In this document: one piece after another, positions 13,854 to 26,510 of the stretch
Numbering within the stretch: position 1 is the first letter of the stretch
Layout of the letters: each line of letters begins with the position of its first letter
Source: Enoplolaimus lenunculus
Lineage: Eukaryota
Reading direction: 5' to 3'
DNA length: 64,000 bases
Assembly (NCBI GenBank): GCA_030248215.1
Contig: JASANG010001107.1
Coordinates: forward strand, 186,001-250,000
Position numbers and translations under genes: made by a program
Notes under the pieces: model-generated
What the model was told of the DNA's origin: nothing
The model's input: the letters and a program-made list of their open reading frames with translations, nothing else
Databases searched by the model: none

Positions 13854-14300
13854 TACTGTATTGATCCGAATAAGGGGGGTAATAAGAGGGGGTCCCCATT
13901 TTGAGTTCGAATCAATTAGAGTCCGTATCCCTTAATAACAGTCCGTAAGAGGATAGAGTCCCTAAACCCTAATTAGAGTCCATAAATGTCAATTAACCCT
14001 AATTGAAGCATACAAATGACTCCATGACCAAATAATTTGAGTTCGCAACTTTAAAGCGTACTTAAATTTTGAAAGTACATTCCTAATTATCACCTTGTAT
14101 TATCGCTCAAGCTATTTACACAAGACAAATAAACGTTTGATTGAACGGATAATTGCAGTACAGGATATATATCAGTAACGAAGGGCGGCGGAGCTGGGTT
14201 AAAATAAATAACAGTCCGTAACCGAATAACAAGGGGGGTACCCTCTGGAGAGACCAAATAAATATCAGTCGCCCCCAATCTTATTCAGGTTACTACAGTA
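13854..14300 (-). mobile_element. MITE family A copy
   Basis: TACTGTATTGATCCGAATAAG ... CTTATTCAGGTTACTACAGTA. Confidence 0.85.
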
Positions 14301-14726
14301 TAAACATCGATGGTAAAAATCAAACGATTTAGTTTTGCGAATAGCTTTAAATTAACATTAACTCAGCAAAACTACAGACATGAAAGTGTTACATTAGTTG
14401 ATTCACGTACAGCTTGACTGCAATAGAGTAAGCTTAAGCTTCGGACAAATTTTTTAATTTGGCTTAGGGTTAGGCTAAGGCTTAGGTATTAGTTCGTTCT
14501 CACGCTTAGGCAACGGGTCTTTTCTATGCATTGGCTCTGTACATGTGTAATGTTTAAAAAATTTTACAACAAAAAATTTTAAGTTTCAGTTACAGAATAG
14601 CTCTTAGCATTTAGTCCCCTAAAATATAAATACACCAAACTGCAGTCGATTGTAAAATATAATATTAGCCTCAAAAGACAAGTCTACTTTCTAAGTAAGA
14701 ATTCATCTTAGTTTATTACTTATTTT

Positions 14727-14911
14727 GGCCAATGTTACTATAAGGGGCGTGCCAGTAGATTAAGCGTATTTCTAAGCTTAAGCTTAAGCCTAAGCGTTGA
14801 AAAAATCAGTTCCTAAGTCTAAGCCTAAGCAAAAAAAATGCAATGTAGAATCTAAACCTACTATTTTATAGACACACAAGAAACCTGGACCCCCCTGGAG
14901 TAACATGGGCC
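14727..14911. mobile_element. Harbinger-like MITE with (GCCTAA)n array
   Basis: TIRs GGCCAATGTTACT / AGTAACATGGGCC around CTAAGC repeats. Confidence 0.65.
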
Positions 14912-15847
14912 CTTATTTTGATTGTAACTGCATGCACCAAATAAAGTAGTTCGAAAGCTTAGGCTAAATCTATTCTGGGGAGGTTACTGTCAAAGTAAGC
15001 AGCGTAAACGCACTTTAAATAGTGATTCATTGTCGTTGTCAAGCATACTATTAAACGAAGATTTTGTTATCTTCATCTTTTTGGTGTCGAAATCAATACC
15101 TCGTCAAGTATATTCCAAGAATCAATCTAAAAGTCAGGAGAAAGATTAGCAGCTTTGTGTTTCAATGTTTTCATAAGTTTGTGTTTGACCATAATATATG
15201 CAAATCGTGATAACCGCTACAGAGAACGCCTTTTCGCAACTGTGAAACTCATGACTATTCGTTGAACGAAAAGTTTATATCCTAGAAACACAGCCTTTCG
15301 CCGTACGAAGGTTCGACTATGATTATACGATATGATTTCGTTTTGCATTTAATAGGTCATTTGCAGTAGTCAGCTCATCTTGCTGGGGGCTAAAACATTT
15401 TTCATGAGGGTCATACAAGAGTTTTCAATACAAAAATTTTCAATGACCTGTTTGCAAGGATAAAAAAACTTTCTTGGGGGGGGGGAAAGTTTTTTAGATA
15501 AATTTTTAAGCGTCATTGGATAAAGTGATTGCAAATTGTTTGGTCGCTGTAGGCGATTTCAAGCAACTGTCCAGCAACAGACTCAACACAAGATCGGAGT
15601 CGGTGCCTACGGTGGGGTGCAATATGTAATAGTGTAAGAAATTATACAAACCGAGGCGTTAGAGTTAACTCTGAATTCAAAATTTTGGTTTCCAAAATTC
15701 AATGGGGTGACCTTTCCGCATCGTTTTTGTTGGTTTCATGAATGTGACGCAGTTGTCATATTTCAGTTTCAAAACAAATGTAGTTGCAGACTTTAGCGTG
15801 TGGGTGGCTAAAAGTCGAAGACAGTAACTTAGATTGGGAGCGTCTAA

Positions 15848-16141
15848 GGGTTGCGCTATACTTTTGTTGTTGTCCGGTGCTGTCCGTCACCCGTCCGTCG
15901 CCCGTACGGCGCCGTCCGTCACCTTCACAATACGGTATCATACATTGTGTAATTTGCGTACGACAACGCATGGTGACGCACGGCGCCGTACGGCTGACGG
16001 ACGGCGCCGTATGAGTGACGCGATGCGCGGTGACGGACGGCGCTGCACCGGTCACGCACGGCGGCGACGGACGGCGCCGTACGGGTGACAACGGCGCCCG
16101 AAAGTGATGGACGGAGTCGCACGACGAGTATAGTGCTACCC
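15848..16141. mobile_element. GC-rich palindromic PIF/Harbinger (Tourist-like) MITE
   Basis: TAA|GGGTTGCGCTATACT ... AGTATAGTGCTACCC|TAA; TAA target duplication; internal inverted CGTACGGCGCCGTCCGTC repeats. Confidence 0.8.
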
Positions 16142-18344
16142 TAAGTGTTTTCGAATTGTCAGGTAAAAATATCATTTTCCGAGCATGCTATACTGATTGT
16201 TGCAAAATTAATCCGGTTACGTTACAACATTATTTCATAGAATATACGAAAAATTTAAAATAGCAAAACACATTTTTTGCATGTCCAGTAGGAGCTAATC
16301 AAAGCTTGATACCGAATTTTTGAAATTGGTTAGCGGTAAAAAAATCTGGCGTTACCTTTGACCAGAGAATTCATTTAAACTTTCTTTGTTGTCGCTAATA
16401 CTATCATGACGCTAAACGCTTCCTTTCAGCGAAACAATTTTGTATTATCATTTTATTTTTTTACATGCTAGAGCCATAGACAGATTGGAATCAAGGATGT
16501 TAAGCCGAGTCTCGGAAAATTATGCCGTCCCTAGAAAAAAGTTTCACCTTGATTGCGAGTCATCTGATATCTTTGCACGCGCTTCCTGAAACATTTTTTG
16601 CCACCCTCATAGCATATTGAACTCTTGCTGCGGTCGGATACAAACATTGCGCTGCATCAGTTTCAAGTTTGATAAAAATTACGAGATTGAGAGTTGATAA
16701 ATTTTTCCTTAATGATTATTATTATTGGTGAGCAGTTTCCATATTTCGCCTACAGTTTTATGTATGACGTGTTTAAAAGTAGAAAAAACTGATATTGTAC
16801 TGGACATCACCGGTGTGAACAAGCTTTTTCGATAAACGAATCAATTTTATACCCGATGTTTCAGATTAAACACATTTGAGAAGCGCCCAATGCAATGTTG
16901 TATTTTATTTTCCATTGTAATCCGACTTATGCGGCAAAAACTACATTATGTCAAAAAGATTCGTAAAAGGATACATAAGTTACGGGCCGTGGTTTCAACT
17001 GCAAACTTTGGCACCAGTTTATCGACGCCGTATAAATGCCATTTGTACGTTAAATGAAAATGGTTTGCAAAGTTTGCAGCAGATTAACCTGTTTTTTCAA
17101 AACAATGACTATATACTACTATCGTCAATGTCTTCTCATTTTTGAAATAATGCAAAATGTATTACCAAAAATATCTGTCTTCGGGAAATTTTGCCCCTCT
17201 ATTAACCATTCCTGATTGCAACTACAATGGAAAACTTGAGGATTTTTCTGGCGGCAAGCAACTTTTCAATTTGAGTATCACGATTTCTGCCCATTTTAAG
17301 GTATGGGCAGACCGTTTTTCTGCGGGACAGCAATGGAATAAGCTTAAGCTTTAGTCAAAATTTTTGTTGCTTACGCTTAGGCTTGGACTTGGGTACAGGC
17401 TTATCTTTCGCTTAGGTTTAGAAATATTCTCATACTAGTGTTGCAGCCCTGTTCTATGAACTTGTATTGAGTACTCGCGTTCTATTTTCACATTTACTTG
17501 TAGTGTATGACGATGTTTCTTATCCGCATAGGCCAAAAATAAGAAATTGTTATTATTGTGCAACCTAATTGACAAAAACGAAATTGTTTTTGAGACATGG
17601 CATTGTACGTTTGTGACCACGATTTATATACTTGGTCAGTATTTATATCGCACCCACTCGCTAAGCTGGATTTTGAGAGTTTTAAACGCTAACACATAGA
17701 AGCGTTTAGTTCGCATTCATGTAAATTTCGAACAAAACAAATACATAATTGTGACACGACAGCTGTTTTGGACGTAACAAAACTGTGAGAAAGAAACAAA
17801 TGTCACTGTGAAACTATTAAAGCAAACATTATGAGAAGTTTGATTTCAAAGCTTGATCGTTGATATCTCACGTGTTGCGCTCAGCAAGCGCAATATATAA
17901 CTGACAGTTCAACGACGCAAGTTGAAAGATTAAAACTAAACCGTTCAAACAGTTTCAACTATAGATCTTGAGAGGTCTAAATTGAAGTTGTAGTAGTTGA
18001 AAAACATTTTACAGCTTTGTTTAACATTTTAACCGCATAATTAGTTGTCGTGGTATTTGATGTATAATTTTTAGAGGTGGGCTACCTTCTAAGTTTTCTG
18101 AAAGATGTATGCTTGGATGAGACTTTGTCTAAAACGATATGTGTTTTTCTGGCGAGACAACATGAACAGTTGCAGCCGATGTCACCCGCCTATCCGTCTG
18201 TATTTGTATTGTAGGTATTTTGTGGAACGTTTTGTACAGGTTTTCAGGCTAAAACAGCGAAAAAAATTTGCGCTTAGGACCGTGGTCAGTAGCAAACTGA
18301 AGGAAAATAAAGTGAACAAATTCATACTTAAGCTTAAAAGTTAA

Positions 18345-18500
18345 GGCCAATGTAAAGAGCAGGGGCGGAACAGTGTTATAAGCTTATTTCTAAGCGTAAG
18401 CCTAAGCGTAACAATGAGCATATTCCCAAGTCTAAGCCTAAGTCTACGCCATGCAAAATAAATTAGTCTAACGCTTATAAGCTTTACTCTATTACAGGTC
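18345..18500. mobile_element. Harbinger-like MITE with (GCCTAA)n array, one clear terminus
   Basis: TAA|GGCCAATGTAAAGAGCAGGGGCGGAAC matches the terminus of the 2327-2511 element; CCTAAG repeats follow. Confidence 0.55.
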
Positions 18501-18907
18501 CACAGGGGACAAAATTTATAAGAAATGCGGAAGCTAGCAATTTGCGATTTCTCAAAATGTACATCATCGGTGATTTAATGTTTCGATTTTTTTAAACATC
18601 ATGTTTTAAAATGTTTTTGGAGATTTTCTGTGGTTGGCTAGAGCGAGTGGGATTTTAACGCCCCTTTTCTTTTTTGCGTGTTCAATCTTAACACAAAATA
18701 TAGTTTTTGGTGGTAGGTTTTGCAATATCTGAAAACCGTGTCTAAAAGAAACCTGGAGGCAAAATGTAATATGTTTACTGAATAAAACGTTGGAAAACGA
18801 GCTAGATTACCACCAAACTGTCACTCTGTTTGGGTGCGGTAGCGCGGTTTGATTTTTAGATCTTGTAGATCAACCGTTAAATTAGCATTGCATGTAGTAT
18901 TTAAACG

Positions 18908-19636
18908 CTGTAGTGACCCGAATTACGATTCTGTGTCCAGAAAAAGAGTCCGTAAGCGGATAGTCCCTAAACCCTAATTAGAGCTCAAAAATGTCAATTA
19001 TCCCTAATTGTAGAACATAAATAACTGGAAAGTTAAGTTTGAAATTTTAAAGCATACTTATGTTTTGAAAGTATATTCCTAATAACTTTGCATTAATAGA
19101 GGTATGACAAATAAACGTATAATTCAAGAGATAGTTGCAATACCATATATCTACTCTCTAAAAACTTAAACTTAAATTACAGCTTAACTAAACTTGAATA
19201 TTAGTGTAAGTAAAACTCAAATGGCTGGACGGAATAACTAAACTACAATTTTAAGTTTTACCTAAACTAGCATTTTTTAAGTTTTAACACGAGTTTAAGT
19301 GAACTTATTTTTAGATTAAGCAAAAAGTGCTGGCCAGAAATTATGTTTATCAAAGAGTTCACTAAGTTTAGCTTAAACTAAAAATACGTAACATTTTAAA
19401 CTAGTTTAAGCGTAATTCTACCCGTTAGTTCAGTTATTCTGTAAAGTTAGTTTAATACTACTGGATTAGGTTAAGCTTAACTCAAGTTAATTTAAGCTTT
19501 TAGAGAGAAGTAACAAAGGGTGGTGGACGGTGGGTTGGTTAAAAAGAAATAACAATCCGTAGCCAAATAACAGGAGGGGTACCCTCTGAAGAGGCCAAAT
19601 AAACTTCAGTCTTTCCTCCCCTTATTCGGGTCACTT
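18908..19636 (-). mobile_element. Degenerate MITE family A copy interrupted by a nested foldback element (~19154-19507)
   Basis: Family A homology on both sides; insert bounded by CTCTCTAAAAACTTAAA / TTTAAGCTTTTAGAGAG. Confidence 0.75.
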
Positions 19637-22566
19637 ATATTTTGCGTTGACCCTCATTTTTTATCTGACTTGGCACTGGAAAACCACAATAATGTCGATT
19701 TTGCTGACATGCCACTCTTGTGCCAAACCATTCTAGCTAGGCCATGACCACAGATTGAGCGAAAATTAGAAGTTGAACTTATCTCAAAATCGTCAATATT
19801 TACTGCATAACCGGTTGAAATTGACTTCTTACAGGCCTGCTGAGAAAATGTCAAGTTGTTTTATTTCTTACTTTCATACAACATGTTCTGTATGAATACA
19901 TTTTTAAGTTAAAATTCAATTTCGGAATTGAATTCGGAAATTGCAATAGGTTTGGAATCTGTCAAATCATCTACATCCTGGCTCCGGTGTTGTGAGAGTT
20001 GAGTCAATACCGTAGTTCAAAAGCAAATACTCATAAAAAACATTCGGTGTCGATCTCTGGCTATTATCAGCTTTTCGGTCCCAAATTCTAAAAAATATAA
20101 ATGTGAAAATAGAGCAAAAGTTTTTACGCTTCGACCAAAAATGCGTTATTGGAATGGAACAATTCTATTCAAACTGGATGTTGATTTTCTACTCGAGTTG
20201 GACAGACCTCTGGTTGCATCCTGGTTTGATTAAATGATTAAAAACAGATCTAACAAACTCAATTAAATGCTGACTAATTTTGATCTGGAGTGCATCAAGG
20301 GTGTACACAAGGAAGGTATATAGTGAATATATCACCTCCGGAAATTTTTTGAGGAATTAAAACAGGTTCAACATGCTATTGAATAATATGCTGAATCCAA
20401 TAGGTTCTCCCGAAATGAAATTGTGGCTATGCCCAAGAGTACAGTAAAACGGATCGAACGCTGATCGGCCATCGGCATGTCAATGTACTTACCGCAGTAT
20501 TTAGTTGTTTTTCAGGCTACATATATCCTGGAATGTGTGTAAATTGTGTTACACAGACAGCCTACCAGAATTGACGTTAAAGGCTCGGTAGATTCGTAAA
20601 AATCAAAAACTTATATAAAATAGAGATACACTTTCCCAGAGTAAGCTCACCTTGGTTGGTATTTCACAATTGGTAAGTGCAATTAGCTGTTGTGTCACTG
20701 TGTTCACTATGGCATATTTCAGTTGTAACGGTCGCTTCTCCAATATTTTACATTATCGTGAGCACTTCTCTGATATATTTCCCAAGTTGGGATCGGGTAC
20801 CTGGAAGCTCAAAATCGATCAGCCATACGATTTCAAGATGTTTTGCGCTTTCGGTGCAATTCAGGTAAATTAACGCTTATTTGACTTTTCGCTCGCGAGT
20901 TTTCGTCCACCATTATATATTGCATCCCCCCGCACATGTGCCACCTGTTTTTGATAAGCCACTGCGTCACAGGTTTATACCTTACCTTACCAGGAGCATC
21001 TAAATTGGCAAACGGGCTCGGGTATCCTACTTACGCACAGCCTTAGTACTGTGCAGCACAGTCTGACGGGCTGTTGATCATTATGCAGCAGTAGGTCATT
21101 TTGTTGTTATTAAAGCACGACGTTGTAAAGCCGTCTTTGTGGCAAGTATTTGTTGCAGTGCCAAAGAAATGGGCGATTGCCTCCCAAATAATCAGATTTA
21201 GAATGTATTTTCTTAGTGTTTTTCAAACGGATAAGGATTTGTCACCGAATTCTTGAATTTAGGCGATTTCCGACGATGTTTTATTAATATTTTTTATTTC
21301 ATGAATCAACATGAATATTTCGTTTTAATTCGAATTTCGTAAGTTGAATATATCGAACTTAAAAACTTTAGCAACTTCCTACCACTATTTTAGTCTTTTT
21401 GATTTTATATGCTAAATTAGGTTTCTTGTATATAGGTAACAAACGTAAAGTGTTTGATTTCAGTGACAGATTAATGGTGAAGATTGGTGTATGTTTCCTT
21501 CCCGCCGACCCTGCCTTGCTAAACATTTTGTGATGCAAATAGGTCATCCGATGCTCAAAACATAGTTTCCAGCCAAATAGGTGGCAAATATGTCAAGGTT
21601 ACAATTTTACAACAAAAATCTGAAATTATTGAGCGCGCTTTAAAATTGTAAAATTTTGGAACTCAAAAATATTGTCGCATACGGGAAAATTGTGTATCCA
21701 CCATTGTTTGATTAATCTATGTATGGATGGGGGAATATTTTCTCAAAAAACTCTTAACAACTTCGCGGCACCGTTTGTCCCGCTGGAATTTGAGTTAAAA
21801 ATCGGTCAGAATAAAGTATATAACCGTTCTTTCACTGAAACCGTATCTGGTTGTTAGGTCGTGTTCATCTGTTCAGTTTATATTTGCATCAGGCGTTTAG
21901 TTTAATAAACAGCGACTATATATAGCTAGACGCAAGCCGTTTACAGCTTAAAAGTGTGATATTTTTGACAAAGGCTTATACACTTGGTCACACCTGTAAA
22001 AATAGATCATGTTCTTCTGTATATACTATTAATAGCTGCTCGAACAGCTCTCGGAATCACGAAATCTATCAAAATTTTAAACTAAATCTGGCATAGAAGC
22101 ATTATTAGTGTTTTTGTTTTTCGCAGCTATAAAGTATTTTTACATTTAGATTTACATGTTTATTACCGCTTTTAGTGAAATGATAAAAATAAAACCTAAG
22201 ATAGTTTTAATCTTTTCAGCTTAGCAATAAACTTGTTGCTCGTATTCGAAAAATTGGAAAACTGCGGCCTGTAGGCTTTATTCTGAGTCTTTCGAGTCGA
22301 AAATGTACACCGTTGCATACAGCCGTATATTTCGAAACTTGCTCTCAACTGGAACCTTTTGTAGGCTTTTAACATTTATTCTGAAACGACCTAATAATAG
22401 CAAATCCATTGGTTTTCAAAGTTGTTTCTATTGCTGACAAGTTTGTTTTACTGTGCTTTGTTACATGTTTTTGAAAACAGAATTTCAATACAGTTGTCAT
22501 CATACACGCCGCGAAACGGCAATGTTCTATGGGTTTTATAGCGCTAAAATAAGAATATTCTTGTTT

Positions 22567-22729
22567 CAGGCCCGTAGCCAGCGCACCTTGATAGAAGGGG
22601 GGGCAAAAAAATTTTCAGGAGTGGCATACAAGGGTTCTCCTGACTTACAAGCAAGGTTGAAAATTTTCTATCTATGACTAATAATTTTGCTGGGGGCTGA
22701 TCCTTCTGACCCTTTTGGCTACGGGCCTG
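22567..22729. mobile_element. hAT-like MITE; related reversed copy at ~27765-27908
   Basis: Perfect 14-bp TIR CAGGCCCGTAGCCA / TGGCTACGGGCCTG; 8-bp flanks TCTTGTTT / TGTTGATT (6/8); shared core CAAGCAAGGTTGAAAATTTTCTA. Confidence 0.7.
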
Positions 22730-22976
22730 TGTTGATTGGGGATATCAGAAAATATGCTTAGGCTGACTGCGCTTAAGGGATATCAGAAAATAGGCTTAGG
22801 CTGACTACGTTGAGGCTCAGGCTCAGGTGGAGGAAATCTAGCCTAAGCCTTTGCTTACACCTTTTACCTAAGCATAAGCTTTAGGTTTAAATGTGGGGGA
22901 TATAGTACAAAAACCAAGAGGCAGAGTTCGTGTATTACCAATTGTACCATGTCGGTCTTAAAGGTTAGTCTCTATT

Positions 22977-23394
22977 TACTGTAGTGACCCCATTTTCAGT
23001 CCCAATCAATAGGAGTCCGTATCCCTAATAAGAGTCCGTAAGCGGATAGAGCCCCTAAACCATAATTAGAGTCCATAAATGTCAATTATCCCTGATTGTA
23101 GCGCATGAATGACTACAGGACCGCATAACATTGAGTTCAAATCTTTAAAGCACACTTAACTTTTCAAACTACATTCCTAACTATAACCTTGAATTATCGC
23201 TCAACTTTTTGATACAAGAGAAATAAACGTTTAATTCAATGGATAGTTGCAATACCGGATATATTTCAGTAACGAAGGGCGACGGAGAGCGAGTTTAAAA
23301 TAAATAACAGTCCGTAACCGACTAACAAGGGGGTCCCCTCTGGATAGGCCAAATAAATATCAGTCTCCCCTTTCTTATTCGGGTCACTACAGTA
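22977..23394 (-). mobile_element. MITE family A copy with partly deleted left terminus
   Basis: TACTGTAGTGACCCC ... TTATTCGGGTCACTACAGTA with family A internal sequence. Confidence 0.8.
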
Positions 23395-24284
23395 GAACAA
23401 TTTTGCCGTTTTAATGCAATGTTTTGGAAACGAAATTCGAATCGTGTTTTCATCCGCGATGACGTACCCAAACGCTTGGGCTTTGCGTTGCGAAATAGTG
23501 AAATGATACATTTCAGAAAAGTGTGACATAATAAAACTATTACTAAACCTTTTTCTTGTTCATTCTCGGCTATAATTCTCGTTAAAACCCTAATTTTCAA
23601 GGTTTAGTTCGTGTGCTGTACTTGATTATTATCATAAATTTGCTTGTTGAACCAAATTTTTAATCAGGTATCGTGTTTATGAAACCTATAACACAAAAAC
23701 ATATTCAAACAATGTTTGATATTAAAGGTTTAATCATCTTCTGGAAATTAATTCACTCGGTGCACATTTCGCAGTAGTAATAAAGCAGCAGGTTTCGTAT
23801 TTAAATATTTCTTTGTTGCGTTGATTGAAACAAAGCTTGATCACGAATGCATAATATATATTTTGTGTCACAAAAACGCAACTGCAGTAGGTACGAGTTG
23901 TGTCAAAGGTATACCTTGACATTTTGTTAGACCTAAGCATTGTTCTCGGATAGTCATATTGTCTCTGAACTTCAATTTTGTGATATGTTAAAAGCATGAA
24001 CGGTATACACAGGCGATAAGCCGAATTTTTGTTTGATTTCGTGTTGAAGCTATGCTTTACGAAAAAAGTCCTGTCACTGGGCAATCGCGAGCGAAAGATC
24101 AACGATATTTTTAATTTAAACTTGTGTGAATCTTGTGCAGGTGATCGTTCGTGGAATCCCCCTGAATTTGTACTTGCAACTTATTTTACATGTGTGATGC
24201 AATGATTTTAGCCTACACATCTAAAACTGTTGAAGTCTGCAGTGCAGTTCAGTGGCTTGTGCGATTAAATGCAGGCTGAAAAAT

Positions 24285-24376
24285 TATATGAATATATATT
24301 ATATATATACATATATATATATATTTATAATATATATAATATATATGTATATATATAACATTATATATATATTATG
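24285..24376. repeat. (AT)n-rich microsatellite
   Basis: Direct reading. Confidence 0.85.
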
Positions 24377-24944
24377 CAGTATGAAACTGTAACTAAACTG
24401 CCATTCATATATTCAAACACGTGGGTTTGGGTATCTTTCACAGAAAATTAAAAATAAATTTTTTTAAGTTTCATTAAAGTGAAGCCCTTTAGATTGTTTC
24501 GAATACTGCATGTTTTCCTTTTCTTGAGTTATTTTCGGCAGAACTACTACGTACAATTTAGGGATTCGTTTGACGGTACAAGTGATATAATTAGCAACTG
24601 TAAACGGATGTCGTTGAAATCTCGTTCACACAGGTACGCGATGTATGTGCGTCAATTTTTAGTTGGTCGGTTAAATGTTAAGGTTGACATTTATCTTTCA
24701 AGCTGTTGCTCTACGTCGCTGCGGATTTCTAAACAAGCCTGAAGGCATTATAATATTTTACTTTCTGAAGAAACGTCCGTCAGTTTTTAGTCCAGTTTTC
24801 CCCCGAAAAACGATATTCCTATTTTTGATCTTTGTGTTAAAAGATGAATCTCATTTGCATGTTGATAGCAATGTAGCGTATAATGTTCATAACAATGTAC
24901 TACAGCAGCTACGAGAACACATTTAAACCGGACAAGTAAATAAT

Positions 24945-26510
24945 TAGAGCCCTATGTCAAATGGTACTATGGCACATTTATGCAAATATCATACGGTATT
25001 CCAAAACTCTAGCATATTATGTCGAACAATGCAATTTACGAATAGCATACAAGAGAACACGACGTAGTAAATGATTTCGAACGCCGAAACAGAAATTAAA
25101 ATTTCAAATTCTAGTATCATATTAAAATTTCAAATTCTAGTATCATATGATATTCAACAGGACAAATTGGTTGTTACCTCAGGTATGCAGACACTTAAAA
25201 TTTTTGAATTTGACAGCGAATTAACGTGCAGAAAAATTGACCCGCTGTGGTAATAGGGATTAAACGTCGTACTGACTGCTCCAGTTATAACGTGAATCCC
25301 ACATAATCTGATTGGCGTATTGCCGTCAGCTAACAAAGATTTTAAGATTTCGTTTGTGTTTTTGGAATTAACTCCGTGTATAAGCAGCGGTTTGTATCAG
25401 CCAGAGGAGAAATTTGTTCATATACATTCTTGAAAACATTAACCGCTGCACGATCTATAGTTTGGCAGAGGTTGAATTAATGACATGCTTCAAAACCAGT
25501 TTGGACACACATTTTTGTAATACAAAATATACTTTAAGACAGCAACGCGTATTTAACAATCTGTAATCCGAGCGTGATCGGAAAGTTTGTCTTAAGTTGT
25601 GCCAGGTTATTTTGTTATTATATCTCCGATCGGTACATAAAATCTAGATTAACGCGGGGTTCGCGTTATAACCACGGCAGCCGGGAAAATGTTTGATATA
25701 TGTTGATTCGACGTCAACATTGTATTAAGTAGCGGGTATGCCGGCAAAATGTCAATATATTGACTTTTACAAACCACTGCACTTAAGTGATCATTGTATA
25801 CAAGTAGGCCTTATGTAATTATGCGAACATCGTATGATATTCCAAAACTCAAGCAAATATCATATGCTATTGCGCAGGACGTTATTTGCGCGCTATAACA
25901 AAAGAGAAAACATAGTAGTAAATGATTTCGAACGCTGAACTAGCTCATATTTTTCTGTTTCTAACGTAAATTTTAACTAAATATATTTCTAAAATAACAG
26001 AAGTTCGAATTCTATTATATCATATTTGGGCAGTTTATTATATATTTTATATCATGTTTACACACTAGAAAAATATCATTTGATACTCGCAGACAATGTG
26101 TATATAATGAACCATATGGTATTCCAATAGAAAAGGTGACTGTGATATCGAAACAGCAGGCAACAAAAATTTTTTGACAGCGAACTAACGTGCGGACAAC
26201 ATCTTACGCGCTATTATAATACGGACAAAACGTGTTCCTGGCTGCCTCAGTCATAGCGTGAACACCGGATAAGCTGCTTGACTAATTGCCGTCAGCTAAC
26301 AAACGTCTCAAGTTTTGCTTTTAGTTTTCAATTTTTACGTCGCTGTATAGCATTTAACTTTCGCTGTTTATGCAGCGATCTGTATTAGCCAAAGGTGAAA
26401 TTGGTTCATACACATTCTTAGAAAGATTAACCGCTACATAATCTAGAGTTTGTCAGAGATTGAACTTATGACCGGCTTCAAAACCAGTTTGGACAGTCAT
26501 ATATTTGTTA
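24945..26510. repeat. Old diverged direct duplication (~24945-25520 vs ~25805-26510)
   Basis: Collinear exact blocks TATTCCAAAACTC, GTAGTAAATGATTTCGAACGC, TTTGACAGCGAA, TTGCCGTCAGCTAACAAA, GCTTCAAAACCAGTTTGGACA. Confidence 0.8.

Noticed and set aside
15756..16175. Arg/Gly-rich ORFs on both strands
   Set aside because: They lie within the GC-rich palindromic MITE.
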